From positions 28,544,503-28,608,502 of the forward strand of contig CM120640.1 in assembly GCA_051362555.1 (NCBI GenBank): a stretch of 64,000 bases of DNA, read 5' to 3'. This DNA comes from Lingula anatina. Its lineage: Eukaryota > Animalia > Brachiopoda. Positions 1 to 13,200 of the stretch are shown in pieces. The notes beneath the pieces were generated by a model. It saw only the letters and a list, made by a program, of their open reading frames with translations. It had not been told where the DNA came from and ran no database searches. How positions within the stretch are numbered: the first letter of the stretch is position 1; every line of letters starts with the position of its first letter. Made by a program: the position numbers and the translations under genes.

Positions 1-1300
1 CAAGCTCAAGTGCCGATATGGCTGAGATTCCAACGGGAAGAGGGGCACTGAACGCGCTTGAACCGGGCCCGCGTGCGAAGTGCTCGTAGTAGGCCGGTCT
101 CAGGGACGACAGGGCCGAAGAGGCCGGTAAAACTGTCGAAACAACACCCCCACTGACCGATGTACCGCTGGCCAGCGGCGATCTGCCGTTATTCGGAGTA
201 GACTTATTGTTTCCGATTAAACTGTCAATGGTGAAACCTCCCCCGGGTTTCGTGGCTATAGACTTTGAAGAAGTTGCTGATGAAGAGTTGGATGAGGATG
301 AGGATAACATTGTCCCTGTTGAGACGGTTGTTTTTAAAGGAAACGAGCCCTCGGAAATGGTATTTTGCAGACTCTGTAACGCCGGGCTATTGAGTCCTAA
401 ACTCATGGAACTGAGAGCTGAAGCCCGGGCGATATCTTGCGGTGGTAGTAAAGACACGGGGGGAGGGAGAGGTGCCATAAAGTGCGCATACGGCCCGGGG
501 AGCCCCTGGTGATGGGGGTGGAGATGCGCAGGAAGGTTGTGGTGGGAATGCATCCCCAAGAACGCCTGGCCGTATGGATGGTGGGTGGGCAGGAACGCCG
601 TGGGTTGGTGCATGAGATCGGGAGTGATGCGTTTGTAGCGTTTTCTTCGCCTCAGAAAACTGCCGTTGTCAAACATATCCTCGCTGGCGGGGTCTAGGGT
701 CCAGTAATTGCCCTTTCCAGGGTTGCCCGGCTCGCGGGGTATCTTAAGGAAGCAGTCATTTAGAGAGAGGTTGTGTCTGATGCTGTTTTGCCAGGCAGGG
801 AAACGTTCTCTATAATAGGGAAACCTGTTCATGATAAACTCACAGATTCCGCTGAGAGTGAGCCTCTTCCTGGGAGACTGAAGCACTGCCATGGTTATAA
901 GAGCTATGTAAGAATATGGCGGCTTCACAAGATTATTCTTTTTGTCTCTCCCGTTCTCTGCAGACTCGTTTTTGGTGTCTGCATCATCATCATCGTCGGC
1001 GCCGTCCGCATGACAATCTGAATCATTCTCCATCCCTTCTAACTCCTTGTCGGTACAGTCATCATAATCTTTATAGTCAATATCGTGATAGTCACTGTGA
1101 GCAAAATCTTCCTCTCCATCAGATCCACCGTAGGATTCCCCGGCAGAGACTCCGGGTGATACCTTACTAGTGGTCATGCTTTCCTGTAGACACTGCTGTG
1201 GGGAGGGTGCTAGGCGTTGTTTAGGCGAGTTCTGACGCAAGATTTCAGCGTCTTCGGCTTTCTGGTGTGGAGTCCCCGTGATTTCCATGTCGCAACGCAT
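1..1300 (-). CDS. foxD: Forkhead box D transcription factor, single exon, 3' end outside the window
   Basis: Manual minus-strand translation from ATG 1300 (alternative ATG 1288) is open to the window edge. It gives an acidic N-terminus, then a FoxD-type forkhead domain ([99 protein letters not shown], ~925-630), a His/Pro-rich region and an eh1/Groucho-binding motif FTIDSLIG (235-212). It is absent from the ORF track because no stop lies in the window. Confidence 0.96.
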   Translation of the reverse strand, partial: MRCDMEITGTPHQKAEDAEILRQNSPKQRLAPSPQQCLQESMTTSKVSPGVSAGESYGGSDGEEDFAHSDYHDIDYKDYDDCTDKELEGMENDSDCHADGADDDDDADTKNESAENGRDKKNNLVKPPYSYIALITMAVLQSPRKRLTLSGICEFIMNRFPYYRERFPAWQNSIRHNLSLNDCFLKIPREPGNPGKGNYWTLDPASEDMFDNGSFLRRRKRYKRITPDLMHQPTAFLPTHHPYGQAFLGMHSHHNLPAHLHPHHQGLPGPYAHFMAPLPPPVSLLPPQDIARASALSSMSLGLNSPALQSLQNTISEGSFPLKTTVSTGTMLSSSSSNSSSATSSKSIATKPGGGFTIDSLIGNNKSTPNNGRSPLASGTSVSGGVVSTVLPASSALSSLRPAYYEHFARGPGSSAFSAPLPVGISAISALEL

Positions 1301-1575
1301 CGCCAGCGTTCGATCTAGACGTCAGATCCCCTGTATAGATCCTAGGGAAAATCTGCCAGGCACACTACACACGCTGAAACACCTTTCTATCAGTGTATAG
1401 ATACGCGAACACGGTACTGTATCGACACACTGTTGTGATAATTCTCGCTGATAAGATCAGGATCGATTCCCAAGAGCGCTCTGCAGCTTTGGATCCTCTG
1501 TTCCTGAGTAATTAGCGAGGTGTTAGCTCGGAAAATTTATCGGAGATGATCCCAGTCCCTGTGAGATCCGAGCAC

Positions 1576-1703
1576 GACCACCCAGTCTGTCAATTGTTCC
1601 TCTCCCCAATTGAAACACCTACTTTTATAAACTACACTAGTCGCGTATGGCAGACACCCAACCACACAGCCCCTAGGTCACGTGGTTCTGGCTGTGTTAT
1701 TGG
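1576..1703 (-). promoter_or_regulatory. Putative FoxD core promoter (TATA and CCAAT boxes, GLI-consensus site)
   Basis: Minus-strand TATAAAA at 1629-1623, ~320 bp upstream of the ATG; CCAAT at 1703-1699; GACCACCCA on + at 1576-1584. Confidence 0.5.
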
Positions 1704-4181
1704 AGCGCCGGCGTATTACCATATCAATTTCTACAATCCGATCTGTAAACGCCCCCTTGTTGTAATTACACGCTTTTTACTTGATGGAGGAAATCACGTT
1801 AGGGGACCTCGTTGTGCCGATCATCGTGCTCACCCTCACACACACATACACCTTGAAGGAAAATTTTATGACAGATGGATGAAAGAAATGGGGCGAGAGT
1901 TTCACGGGTTACTGAGAACTGAGAAACAATAACGGCGCAGTTCGATTATTTAGAGAGCCGCGCACTTGGAAGGTCCCAGTGCGTCACGCACGTGAAATAT
2001 GTCACGGCAACTACCGCGTCACGGACCGATGAAATGGAACAATTTAGGAGGGAAGAAAAAACAGTCAGTTACAATCTAAATGATGTTTTAACGAATCATT
2101 ATGATAAAGTGTTTTGTCTCTAATCACCCTTTCGCCGTTTCTTACAATTTATTCTTTCTCCTCCTCTTCAAAGAGGTGCAGCAAAATGATGAGAAATAAA
2201 AATTTTATCAGACGGGTTTATTTTTCTAACCACTGTTGATACAACATATTGTCTCACTGCTGCACAGTATGGATAATTATTGTTGTAAACTGGTAGCGGG
2301 TTGATAGAAAAAATCGAAAAACAAACACCACTCCACTGGACGTCTTGAAACACGACTACAGTGCGCCGCCGATGTTTTAGAACTACAGTAAGAAGAGAGC
2401 CTTGCGGTGAAACGAAGGTTGATCTACAAACACAGCGGGACAATGCCAAGCATAAGCAAAGTTACACTTAACTGGGATCTGCAAAAATGTTCTGGAGGAG
2501 TAAAAACTACAGAGAATTGTTTTGATAAGCTTAGATGATAGTTTTATGCAGTCGACTACTCGCATTCGGTAGAGGATCGATTGTTGGGTCTTTCCGTCTC
2601 GCTCTTCGTGTCTCTCGTGATTACCGTGCTCATCGCTTTTGGGCTGTCCTAGACAAAGATCGAGGAAAAGAACCGATTCAAAACAAACGAATTTATTCAA
2701 AACATTTTGACCCACAGTTCTGTACGTCAAATAAATTTGAAAAACCTTCGTTGATATATTTTTAGAGAAGCGATCGACAGCAAATTGATTACCGTCTAGT
2801 TTCCAAATTTATTTTTGTAATCCCGAAATCGATTTTACTGTGAGGTCGACATTTGTGCTAGAAAAAGATTTTTTAGCTTGTTTTGCGTGCAAAATGAAAA
2901 CTGAAAAAGAAAAGACAAAGAAAAATGATCAGAACCACCGACGTGACTCAAAAATTTGCAATGTGCTAAATACCTTAGAGACCAAACAAACAGCTTCTCC
3001 TATAACTAAATAGCATTTACTTTTAAACTACTTGCTCCACTTATGTAAATACAATCTGCAACTCGATAGCAAAATTTATATTACCAGCAAGATATGATGA
3101 GAAGGGCCGACGGAAGAGTTGGGTAGAAAAAGTTTTGATACAACCTTAGTTCTGAACACAAACACTCGAGTGAGTTGACAAACTAGATAAGCAGCGTGTA
3201 AATTATTGTTATTGTAACCACGAGGCGGGTTTATTGCCGTAATTGCTCATTGGGCGATGTCTCACCTGATTCGTTTTCGGGTCGATTTGTTATATTCAAT
3301 GTGATGTGGACGTAAAGGAAAAAGAACAAAAATACATGAGCTTAACTGTTAATTTTCTTTTTTTCATTTTCATTTCTATTTTCTTTCTGTATTCACCAGC
3401 ATTTGCATTTCTTTAAACATGTATCTCCATTCAATAATTCTGCTATTTGTAATTGTGTTTTTCAAACTGCACCTGCTTCCATAATTAGCATAGTTACAAC
3501 TGGAGATGTTCTTACTAAATTTAGGTTCTTCAGAAAACTATCCCTCATAATGACAAAAAGGAAGGAAGGTCATTTCAAAATTGATGGCGTTTGTTTGAAA
3601 ATCCTTTTCACCAACGATCTAATACATTTACAGTGTAGTAACCGAGTCCCTAATTATCAAATAGTTCAACGGATTTACGCACAGGAGGTACAGATGTGTA
3701 CAACAAATAATTACGAACAAGTCGTCAGTGTCACTGCTTAGTGTCTTTGTGTATTGCATTACCTTTCTGTTGTGACACCTGTTTGTTTGCGTAAACATTG
3801 AAATGTTACGCGCGTTAGAGTAGTATCGCTTTGGATCACACTGAGAGCGTCCTGCGTAATGTCGGGCTCTTCAATTTTATCCCTTTAAGTATATACTAGG
3901 ACTACTATTTATGTGTGGTCCATAATGTTCAAATAGGATGGCGTGCTATATTGTACTTGAATAACCATATACACAAAATCAAAAAGATTGTCACAAACAG
4001 AGACACAACAGTGTCGTGGCCAATGTGGCCTCTCGATGACCAAACCCAGAATGCCACTTACGTCACTACATTTAAGACCTATTACACGTCACGATTTTAT
4101 TGAGTGCATACTTGTAACCAATTTATATGTGTGGTCCTCTTTTAAAATAAATGATCAGATTTCAGATTTGCAGAAGACCAA

Positions 4182-4223
<42 letters not shown>

Positions 4224-5111
4224 TGAAATTGAAAAACAGTTAATCGCTTTTTCAATTGCATAAGTAATACATTTTTGGATAACATTTTAAAAGATGGAAT
4301 ATGCAAATTAGCCCTGCAAACTACATGTACATTATCATTTATACGCGTCATTGCCTGCGCTACGTGTAACACGTCAGATTCGACGTAATATCTGTATATA
4401 CCTGAATATTATCCACTTAACTGCATACTACTAGCTGCTAATGTGTGGTCTGCCTGTTAAAACATGGCGACCCAATTTGCTTTGTATGTGATACTCTTTA
4501 TTTTCCCTCCCTCAGACTTGGGTCATTTTTTCTCTCTTTTTTTTCCGTCTTGTGAGAACATGCCGCTCCCGTATTTTGGTTTACCACACGACGTCGTCTC
4601 GTTTTCCCGCTAACGTTTGTCTTTCCCTTAGGCGACGCTGCTCCTCCAAACAAAAACTTGACTTTTCGCAAGGAAAATTTGAAAATAAAAGCAACACAGG
4701 GTTAGAACAACACTAAGTCGGGGAGCAAGAGTCGCTCCCATAGCCTTTCGTTCGCCATTTCTTGCTTTACCAAAAAATTGAATCAGTAGTTTAATCAGCG
4801 GGAAGACTTGGCAACCGACGCAAGCCTGTAACAATGATGTGACGCGTTTTCTAAGCGTCAACACTTGCAAAATTTTCTTCGACTTTCACTTTTTTCGTTG
4901 ACAGAAGAGAGCAGTTTGCTACCTTTTGTTTCACTTTTATTCGGACAAACAGTTAAAAATACAATATCATCAATATTTTAACTGAATTTGGAATTTTTAC
5001 CCACACGATCGGTTTTGACGGTATGCAATTTAATGTAAAACCTTTTACCGAATGTTTTCTAAGGATTGTGTAAGTTTATACAAAGTTGATGAGGTAAGAC
5101 TACAAAATGTA

Positions 5112-5157
5112 CTTTTATTTATTTATTTTATTTTATTTTATTTTATTTTATTTTATT

Positions 5158-5192
<35 letters not shown>

Positions 5193-5196
5193 TTTT
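5112..5196. repeat. (TTTTA)n/(TTTA)n microsatellite
   Basis: Tandem repeat read directly from the sequence. Confidence 0.9.
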
Positions 5197-8100
5197 TGTG
5201 TTGCTGTTAATTGTGAAATGTTTTAGATGCGTGAGCGTAAATCTTACATTTCCCTATCTTTGACAGATCTACAGTCTTAGGTTCGTACTTTTTATATTAC
5301 GTACCTGAATACCTGAGAACTCTAAAAGCCGTGCAGAAGCTTGAATAATAATAACATTTACATCTTAAAATTATGCAGGAACTTTAAAGATGGTGTGAAT
5401 ACATTGCCGACAAAACGTGTGGTCCAAAAACCAATATTGGAAATGAATCAGAGAGTTTGGGGAACATATTGGCGAAAATCCGGGACACCCGTCAATTCAA
5501 AACAAACATTACTGGCTTTGCGGAGCGTGTAATTAAGACTTGTGATTAACTGTAACGCTGGAAGCTGATCCCCCCGACGTTGATTAAAATTAACAAAGCA
5601 TGTCCAGTGAGCACATGTAGCGAGTGCTGCAATTTGTCCCGTCTGTCAGAGTGCTTTCAACACGCGCACTGCAATCAAGGGGATATCCTTACAACGTGTC
5701 AAATCGGCTGATCTTTTAACACAGAGGGCAAATTCAATCTGACACGGGCGCAAGATAAAAATTTGTAATCGGTTTGAAAATCTGTGTCATTTTCCGTTCA
5801 ATCTTTGTCTAAGCGGCAATAAAATTTAACAGATGGGGCAAAGATCATTGTGAGGGTTAAAGGAGTCCGAGAAAGAAAGCATGAAATAGCTCTTAAGAGG
5901 CACGACAGAACACAGCCAGAACATGGACTAAATGCCCAGAGGTTAGGACGATTTCATTGACCCTTGGATTATAGCGAATTAATCCAAATATTGCTGGAGG
6001 TGGAGAATACGTTCAACAAGAAATATTCAGAGCTCTACCAGTCTCAATTACGACAGTAACGGTTCACAATAACAATCGGTGAATCATTATACTAATGGAC
6101 CTTTAATCCTTTCCTTAATCCCAACAACGCTTTCTCTCTCTTTCGTTTTCTTGGGTTCAGTCAAGGTTTGAATTCCAAGCTTGCGGATTCCAGTTTTCCA
6201 AATTATTTGCTTAACAACTTGATTAGTGCCAAGTGCTCTATTCGTGTAGCACGCCTGTATTATAATACGTTGTGTAATTCAACGAGATGAGGATTCAATT
6301 TTTGCTCCACTCTATTTGCGTGTGCCATATTTCTTGATTAAAGAAAAAAAAACAACAATTTTTTTTAAAAAATCCACATGCGGACCAATAACACTTTGGT
6401 ATTATCTTATGTACACTGTGAATAATTCAAGATTTCTGCTTCCCTTCAAAGGACAGAAAAAAAAACGCAAATTCAAATATTTAAATCTTAATCTGTGAGC
6501 CGCGGCTGAGGGTGCTTGCTGTGCCCAGAAAATCTCCAAAACCGCACAAGAAGCTGCCACTCCGAGAGCACTGTTCGGAGCTGCTGGAGCGGAAAGCGGG
6601 ATAAATTGTGCGTTATGGGAGCGGGGATGATCCGCCCCGCCCACCTGCCGTGGTGGAAAAACAGAGATCAATAAACGACCTACCTAATGAATCGAGGAGC
6701 AGGCGCAATTAAATAGGTCTAGCCGAACAAAAGAGTTCTCTAGTACTTGGAGTTAAAGCAGTATTGGTGACCGCCATTAATCAATATTTGAAAATAGCGT
6801 CATGTCATTGCGTTGGCTTTTGTCGATTTGTTTAGAAGAGGTAAAAGTTTGTAAGATTATTACAATTTCGTTATGTACAACCATGACTGCTGAGTAGAGG
6901 TATTAATACCCTATGTTACGGACAATGTACCAACCCCTAAACTGGTTAATATAAGCGTTATTACAATTTAAACAGCAGATGACGCGCCTTCTAATTCTTT
7001 TAAGGATAAAAATATCGTCTTCCAAGCGCTAATTATCAGTTTTTTATTTGTTGCAGAATTGTTTTATCACGAATAAGTGAAATATCATCATAAATCAAAT
7101 AAAAATATGAAGAAAATATAAACTTAAAGCAAAATATTTTAAATGATTTCACACCTACATTTTCCTCATTTGCCACCAAAAATAAAAGATCAAAGAAAAA
7201 GTTGCCAAGTCGGAGGTGGCAAAACTATAGTATTGGATTGGTTGAGCATTGACTGACCACAGTCAAATGTATCGTAACAAATATGTAAAATACTCTCATT
7301 TTCAGTACTATGATTTAGCGTTCGACACATTGCATATTGGCATTTTAATGTTTGCAAAAACAGCAGCAGCCAGCAAACAGGCAATTTTCTCATGGTTTAA
7401 ACCACAATTTGTCGCCGACCAGAAACCTGTCGCAGGGCTTCATGTTCCGTTAGTTTATTATGCTTTCTTAACCCCACAACTCCCAGAGGGGCAGCAAACT
7501 ACCACGTCAGATTACCGCCAACAGGCCCCGTCAGGTGTGTCAGCCAGGTACCCTACTGAGCTGCTTCAAAAGCCCTCTCGTACTAAGCGAAATGTTTAGA
7601 TAGACTTTACATTAAAGTACTCTGCAGGAGACCTTGCTTCATTCAAGCACCACAACTGCATATAGGTTATTTTTCTTGTTTTTCGTATCAGACCACCATT
7701 TTGTGTCTGGTCACCACGCCCCTGAAGCCAAGAAACGGGCAGGAGGTTGGATTCTTTTTTTTTCCTGCACTCCTTTGCTCTTATCTTTCAAATACACACA
7801 TACTTTTGAAGATTTATGCACTACCATAAAAATTATACCCATATATTACTTTCTTTCAGTTTTCTTCTGTTTGCATAGCCATTAGGAGCCCTGCGTCAAC
7901 TTTACGCAATAAACACAACTTTTCCATTTTCACTGAAAAGCGAGGATGGATAACCCTGAACCACCGCAGCAGCTGTCCACGTGCATTTCAACAACTCAGC
8001 CGTCCCCTTGATACTTCTATGGCCCATTGATTGCTTATTTTATTCCTGTTAGTCTTACGTCAGTGTATATTTGGCACAACTGTTGGTTTAACTGCGCTGG

Positions 8101-10226
8101 GTTCCTCCATCCGTTCAGCCGTATCGCTCTTCCGCTAGACCACCCCTGCAAGTCCCTAATTAATTTGCGTAACAAATTGGTGGATTTGAGAGGCATTAAT
8201 TCCGAGCATATACAAACATGGCAGGCTGGAGAAACAAGCAAAACCCAGTGATTCAGGGTCATTGACTTGAAAGAATCTCGGGTCGACTCCATAACGATGA
8301 AGAAATACATTATATATATGCTATGTTAAGAGAAGATGTTCAGAGAAAAACAGCTGCGCGGGATTTGGTGATATAAATTACCTTGAAAAATGTTTCCCCT
8401 TGGAAAGGAGAAATAATAATCATTGGCTGCATAGCACATTTTGCACGCGGGGCTCATGTAGAATGCCTAAGTAAAGGTGTCCTAAGTCAGTTTTTTTTTC
8501 ACAGCCCCTTAATATTCTTCATAAAGACAAAAACAGAAGAGATTACAAATAATAAGAAAACACATATTAAATCTAAGCACGACATGCAGAACTAAGCAGT
8601 GAGTAAACATTTGAAAAATAGCTAAATTGCAAAATTGTTTCTATAACAAATACGAACTGCGATGACCATCGAGCATTTTCATTCCACTATTTTATCCATT
8701 GCCACAAAAGGTTTTAGATTTTTAATACAATTTGTTGATCAGCAACGGAATGGTAAATAGAAACGTTCAAAGAAAAATATGCTGGCTAAGATGCAAATTA
8801 GTCTACAAATGTAGTAGCAGATGTCGTTACTTCGGACTTAAAATATATTACTAAAATCCAATCTCTAAAATATCATGCCAAATTTCCTTAAAAGGCTTGA
8901 CCATCTATCTAATCGGTTAAAAAAATTAAGGCTCGATCCTAGACTGAGTGTGCATAAAAAAAGACAACAAATTAAACAAATTCCATCTTCATGAAATATC
9001 ATGTTTCGGTCAGACACGGAAAAAACGTGTAAACAGAGAACACATATTCACTTGCAAAAGATCAGTCGACGCTAATTAACAGGCGCAGCAACATATTCCG
9101 CTGTAAATACAAGTTTGTTAATTTCATTAGCGTTTGCAAATACATGGACACGTCTACTGGGGAGCGAGGTGCTGTTCTTGTCAGTCTGTTTCACGATTAG
9201 TGGAAGCTTTAAACTTGTAGGTAACTGAACAGGAAGATCGTGATTCAGATAACCTAAGACATAGTCTAGCATTTGGCCTTTAGATTTTTTATTTTTCTTT
9301 CCGTGGTAGCCTTCTGCTTTCTAGTTAAAATAAAAAGATGGACAGTGGAGTAGCATGCTACTTTTCAGTTTGAATTTTTTTGGACATCACACTCTACACT
9401 TCCGATGCCTCTTGAAATTCATCATTATTAATCTACCACAAAAATAGAAAAAAATTGGTAAGGACAAAATTGACAGAGCTATAAAACTGAAAAAATATTT
9501 AAAATTGGCGAATATGGGCTATGTTTTGTAAACATACATGTATTTTCACATTGAATGAAGATTATGTCATCGATAGACGTCTAACATTCCACTGGTTTCA
9601 TTTCAAACAGCACGGGTAATGTTTTATCTTGGGAAAAAAGAAAAAAAAATGAATTAAATAAACATCAGACTTTATGTGATGGGTATACTCTATCATATGA
9701 AAATATTTCATTGTTCATTGAAACGGACATTTTTTGGCGTAGATTTAAGGTTAAATCCTCAGATATTAGGGGAATTAAGACCCGGTAGAACGTCGCTATC
9801 GAGTCTGGTGTATCTTTTTTATTATTCTTTGCCATGCTAGGTCTTGGGGCGTAGTGAGTTCTAGAGAGAAACGAAGGTTTCCATTTCAATAGAAACATCG
9901 GGCTCCCAGCTTGAAAACTATTGTTTGAAATAACACACTTGAATAGGAAAATACAGCGGTCGAGTAGACCTCTTCGATTTTACATAAACTGCTGTTTTTT
10001 AACCAAAAAATAAAAAGGAAAATGAGGTCCCATGGACACTTCGGCTGTTTCTCATTTTAGTTGATTTTTTCATGTTTTCACAACATAGTTTTCATGTAAA
10101 TGACATTGTAAACGAACAATTCGAGACAAGTGGGTTATGTCATACAACACAGAACAAATAAAACGACTTACTCGATCAACATCTGTACCCACATTTCTGC
10201 TTACTTCTTTACACTAAATCAAGCAA

Positions 10227-10286
10227 AAATAATAATAAAATAAAATAAAATAAAATAAAATAAAATAAAATAAAATAAAATAAAAA
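10227..10286. repeat. (AAAAT)n microsatellite
   Basis: Tandem repeat read directly from the sequence. Confidence 0.9.
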
Positions 10287-13200
10287 CTATTGAAATTGTC
10301 ATTTGCAAAAAATCTCATTTATGATTTACCAGTGTACATAGTGATAATATATATTAAGTTTGAGAACATCAGCTGCGTACTGGAAGATTAGTGGTACCAT
10401 GATATGCGTGACTTTATTGTTTATCCGTCTTTTTCATTTATTCGAGAAGGAATAGAGTATAGCATATTGTGATGCTCACATAAATGGTGTAAAATGAGTA
10501 TTTGGCATCAAAACGTAATATGAAACATCATTAATTTTTAAAAACATGCAAATAAATAGAAATGTGGCATTCAACAGGCTGGGCGGTTCAATCAATCCAT
10601 ATACTCTAATTTCAGTTATTCACCTGCTGCCCGATCTAATAAACAGATTTGCAAAGCATATCCGCAACTGAAACAAACAAAAAATAATTAAAAGAGAAGT
10701 TCCACAAACTATAACCAACTGCACTTCGAGATTTGGGCATGATCACCTTCACGTGACTGCCCGCCACTCACCGCTGGGTGCAAACCTCTTTCACGGGACC
10801 TTTACAAAGGCACAGGTGTAAAAATGCTACTTGTCACTTTATAACTACTTCTCGCAAATCCCCTAAAAACCACCACAGAAGGTGCCTTTGAAATAAACCC
10901 ATTACACGCCGCAAGTTGTAGCAAATATGGATCAATATAATTAGCCAATACAAACATTCACACTTACATCGGGGACCAATGATCCAAAATATTTGAGTTA
11001 GAGCCGCTTGTTTGAATTATAGTAGACAGATGTGTTCATAAAGCACCGGGTTGAATTTCACCCCCATGTATCCGCTACATTTACTGGAGTAATTAGCTAA
11101 CAGATATTGAACGGAATAACGACTTCAGTTACTTAATTACAGCCATTAAAATACTGCCGTTGTCAATAGGAAAGCTTTTAAAGAAATATATAATAAAGCC
11201 GGTATTGTCCACGTGGCTTTAAAGACGGGTTATACAAAATCCGAACGGAAAACACGATTAATTGTAATTTAGATTTCTGTATTTTTTGTGTGTTCAGTGG
11301 GTGCATTTGAGATTTTATCCATAGGGATTAGATGCAAGTGAGAGACTTCACGTCAATTCCGGGGTGCTTCTGGGTTCTTTTCCCCCCACCAACCCTACCA
11401 GCTTTAATCAATGCGGAGCAGAGGAGTTACATGGATTTCGTTTCAAATCTAATAAACAAATTTCGTTACTGCAACCTCTGATCTTTAAAATTTTCATATA
11501 TAGTTCATCGCCTCTGGGAAACCAAGCAACGGTTTTTATCGTTCTTTTTCTTCCCATTGATTATAAGAACAAGACCCAATATTTTTATCCGCGTTAATGC
11601 AGTTAACTGGCTAATTCTGACACGTCGTGGCAAAACGGCTGCAAAAACTTGAAAATAATATACACTGTAACACATGGAGAGCACTGAATTTATCTTGGAT
11701 GCCTTGAAGGAGAACTAACTGTTGTTTCTCTATAGCGCACAGGAACAAACATTGCTGCGGGAATATCAGATCACACAGAGTGACACACCCTATTCGGCAT
11801 GCGCAAGTGCACGAAGATCGATTGAGAGGAGAGTTTGTCCACTTGGCAAAAAAATATGGCCTGCTATTTGTTACATCTTTTATGAAAGTGCAATTGAATA
11901 GATGCATAATGTACCATCAATGACATATGTTAATGATGAGGGCATTTTGTGGATAGTATCATCAATTCTTTCCCCAAATCTTAATAAAATTTCCAACTTG
12001 CTTGGATCGAGTTTTGACAAACCAACAGGATGAAATCAAGGTGGATTACGCATAACATTTTTTGTTTAATAATAATCATCCTACTCTGTATGCAATAAAA
12101 ATCAAGATAAAATTCCACATATTCAATAAGATATGAAAAGCAAAAAATAAATTTCCTGGAGGGTTCGAAAAAAAAAAAAAACAATGATAATAATAAAATA
12201 AATAAATAATTAAAAATTAAAAAAGATGTGTGTGTGTACGTACTTGTGTATGCGTGTGTGCCTGTGATAAAATTTGTCATCTCCTGTCTCTTCAGATTTG
12301 TTTCCTGACTTAAATATATAGTCAAGTTTATATGTATATAAGTAATCAATGTCACCGGCCTCTATTGATGCATATTAGCTCAGAGGCAAGGCAAGTAGCA
12401 AGTACAATTATGTAATTTTTTCCCCTAAAACCATTTGTAAGTGTACTTGTTAAGAATGTAATGACCAGCAATCACCAAAACTACAGATATGAGAACCCTT
12501 CTTCTTGGACATTCGATACTAAGTTTGCTTATTTATAACTACTGCAACCTTCTAATTGTTTCTCATTTGCTTTGAGATCTGCCCTTCTCTTTGTAAGTAC
12601 GGACATATCAGGCACGACTATAAACAAATTGCCTAAATTTAGTCTTCAGATTTTGATGAACAACATAAATTGACTGTGAGTTAATTACACTTCGTGTCTC
12701 TAAAATGTCGAAGTTGTCCAAGTTGCCCACGCGATTTCCACTAGGGAAAAAATTCTCTGTCCACTTGGGGCATGTTAATACTTGACTTTTTGAGACCAAA
12801 TGAAAGTCAAGGTTAGGTTTCAGCTCATATTCTTTAAACATGAGCCAGCTAATATCCCAGTTTTGCCTATAAATATTAAGAACGAAACGAATTAATGAAT
12901 GAATTTAACCATTGCCCGTACTTGTTGCATCTCAATCACTAAATGTGTATTGGCCTTTCTACCATACTTTCTAATGTGACCTTCAAATCGTACAATTGTT
13001 GTTACCCTTATCAGAAACTGATCATTAAAGGAAAATTATGCAATTATTTTTTTTTTCATGTTGTCTTAGTCAAACTAATTAAGCAGACGTTTCCCATACA
13101 CTAGCATAAATCAAGGTCATATCCTTTTCGTACTACGAGAGTCATACAGGGATTTCAGTATTGGACGGACAACCAGGGGCAGAATTTGTCCTCTATTCCG

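Noticed and set aside
207-1170. + strand ORFs 207-512, 482-697, 773-1021 and 916-1170
   Set aside because: Antisense shadows of the GC-rich FoxD coding sequence.
3988-4372. ORFs containing poly-Phe/poly-Lys (also 36590-36793, 44273-44461, 57869-58181)
   Set aside because: Artefacts of homopolymer and microsatellite tracts.
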